From the NCBI GenBank assembly GCA_027022365.1, contig JALVYU010000026.1, positions 224,001 through 288,000 on the forward strand: 64,000 nt of DNA, given 5' to 3'. The notes beneath the pieces were generated by a model that did no database searches, had not been told where the DNA came from, and saw only the letters and a list, made by a program, of their open reading frames with translations. This stretch comes from Desulfurococcales archaeon. Its GTDB lineage: Archaea > Thermoproteota > Thermoprotei_A > Sulfolobales > Desulfurococcaceae. Shown piece by piece: positions 62,617-64,000 of this stretch; within the stretch, counting starts at the first letter, position 1; the number at the start of each line of letters is the position of its first letter. Made by a program: the position numbers and the translations under genes.

Positions 62617-63176
62617 TTTTTAGCCGAAGAGGGCGCCTAGACCCTCAGCAAGCTCCTCCTCGCTAACAGTCTCCTTCTCTTCCTCCTCAGCAGCCTCTTC
62701 CTCCTTCTTCTCCTTCTCCTCAGCAGGCTGCACAGGAGCAGCGGCTGGAGCAGCTGTTACTGGCGCTGCAAGAGCCTGTTCGAGAACCTTGGCTATGTCT
62801 ATGTTCTTTATTGCCGCTACCAATGATTTTACCTTTACATCGTCTACCTCTACTCCAGCGGCTTCCAATACCTTCTTAAGGTTCTCTTCATTTATCTCCT
62901 TGCCTGCTTTGTATAGTAATAGAGACGCGTAGATGTACTCGATCGCTCCTCACCCCGTCCTTTATCTATCCAGCCTTTTATTCAAGCATACAAGTAACAT
63001 GGGTTTAGGAGTTTTAAATCCTTTCCTTTCTAGTGTCAGGAAAAACTTTTTAGCCGAAGAGGGCGCCTAGACCCTCAGCAAGCTCCTCCTCGCTAACAGT
63101 CTCCTTCTCTTCCTCCTCAGCAGCCTCTTCCTCCTTCTTCTCCTTCTCCTCAGCAGGCTGCACAGGAGCAGCGGCT
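62617..63176. repeat. 130-bp exact direct repeat (62617-62746 and 63047-63176)
   Basis: Identical DNA encoding the C-terminal tails and stops of rpl12 and rplP0. Confidence 0.95.
62620..62943 (-). CDS. rpl12: 50S ribosomal stalk protein L12/P1, ATC start codon
   Basis: GGGGTGAGG RBS then ATC GAG TAC ATC TAC GCG = (M)EYIYASLLL; acidic tail ending GLGALFG. Confidence 0.93.
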   Translation of the reverse strand: MEYIYASLLLYKAGKEINEENLKKVLEAAGVEVDDVKVKSLVAAIKNIDIAKVLEQALAAPVTAAPAAAPVQPAEEKEKKEEEAAEEEEKETVSEEELAEGLGALFG

Positions 63177-64000
63177 ACTGTTGGTACTTCTAGCCCTAGG
63201 TCCGGTGCGTACTTGGAGATCTCTGCGGCTAGTGCATAGGCTTTCATCAATGCTGTTCTGAACACATGTTCTGCGGTGTCCGGCGCCACGAATCCTGCTT
63301 CAGCAGCTAATGCTAGCGCGTGCCTGTATGCCTTGGTTATTGATAGCTCGATTACCTCTGGTACAGGCCATGCTATCTCAGAGCCCAGCTTCAGTGCGTC
63401 TAGGTGAGCATTGGTGAACATGTTCTCGTATTCTCCGAGGTCTAGGACTAGCTGATCACCTGGTATTAGTACTCCTGTATCATAGGCTATCTTTACCTTG
63501 AGCTTTACCTCCTTGAGCGCTATTCCTAGCCTCTGTAGTATGCTTGCTAGCTCTTCGGATATGACATCGCCCGGCTTTGCTACCTTTGTGTCCTTAGTTA
63601 TCCATATTGTGTTGCCCTGTATCTTTACGGGTATCTTGAGCTTGCTGAAAGTGCTTAGAATCGGTCCTGGCGATAACCCGGTGTTACCCTCCGGGACTAT
63701 TATTTCTTGGTCAGCTACTTCGCCTGGCTTGTAGAAGGTCTTGGCCTTGTATTTCTCGAACAGTAGGGCTAGTTCGAAAGCATTGAGGTTACTGAACACG
63801 AGGAGGTTCTGGCCTGTCAGTAGGTTTTCAAACTTCGACACGTCTAGCCCGGCTTTCTTTAGAGCTCTAAGTATGAGCTTGTTCTTGGATACTCTAAATA
63901 CGGCTACTTTGGCGAGCTTTTTCCTAAGTTTTTGTAGATGGTTTGTAGGGAATCCCTGTATATCCGCTATTAGGAATACGGGGTACTGCTTGAACAGAGA
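63050..64000 (-). CDS. rplP0: 50S ribosomal protein L10/P0 (5' end beyond the window)
   Basis: RVSKNKL, GNTGLSPGP.LS, KPGDVIS..LA..L..LGI, acidic tail. Confidence 0.96.
   Translation of the reverse strand, partial: SLFKQYPVFLIADIQGFPTNHLQKLRKKLAKVAVFRVSKNKLILRALKKAGLDVSKFENLLTGQNLLVFSNLNAFELALLFEKYKAKTFYKPGEVADQEIIVPEGNTGLSPGPILSTFSKLKIPVKIQGNTIWITKDTKVAKPGDVISEELASILQRLGIALKEVKLKVKIAYDTGVLIPGDQLVLDLGEYENMFTNAHLDALKLGSEIAWPVPEVIELSITKAYRHALALAAEAGFVAPDTAEHVFRTALMKAYALAAEISKYAPDLGLEVPTVAAAPVQPAEEKEKKEEEAAEEEEKETVSEEELAEGLGALFG

Overview
Chromosomal window from a crenarchaeon, most likely Desulfurococcales (Staphylothermus-like, inferred from gene content and the ATC-initiated L12 gene). About 1-23.6 kb and 48.5-64 kb are housekeeping DNA: cysS, dph5, kptA, IPK, a cobalamin/iron ABC transporter, the Dim2-RIO1-aIF1A-NMD3-aIF2beta cluster, Trk, alaS, rpl12/rplP0, three tRNAs (two with introns) and several C/D box sRNAs. 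Between them lies a ~25 kb, partly decayed accessory island (~23.7-48.5 kb). Its backbone combines a VirB4-like ATPase and a PrgI/VirB3-like partner with a type IV pilus kit (ATPase, TadC-like protein, two class III signal-peptide pilins, surface protein, transglutaminase-like protein). Cargo includes a ParB-DUF488/OB-like/PD-(D/E)XK operon, a DUF3800 gene followed by a twin-hairpin RNA element, a 55-bp palindrome, secreted-protein/membrane-partner pairs, a helicase pseudogene and a probable integrase remnant. All calls come from motif recognition by eye; no database searches were run.
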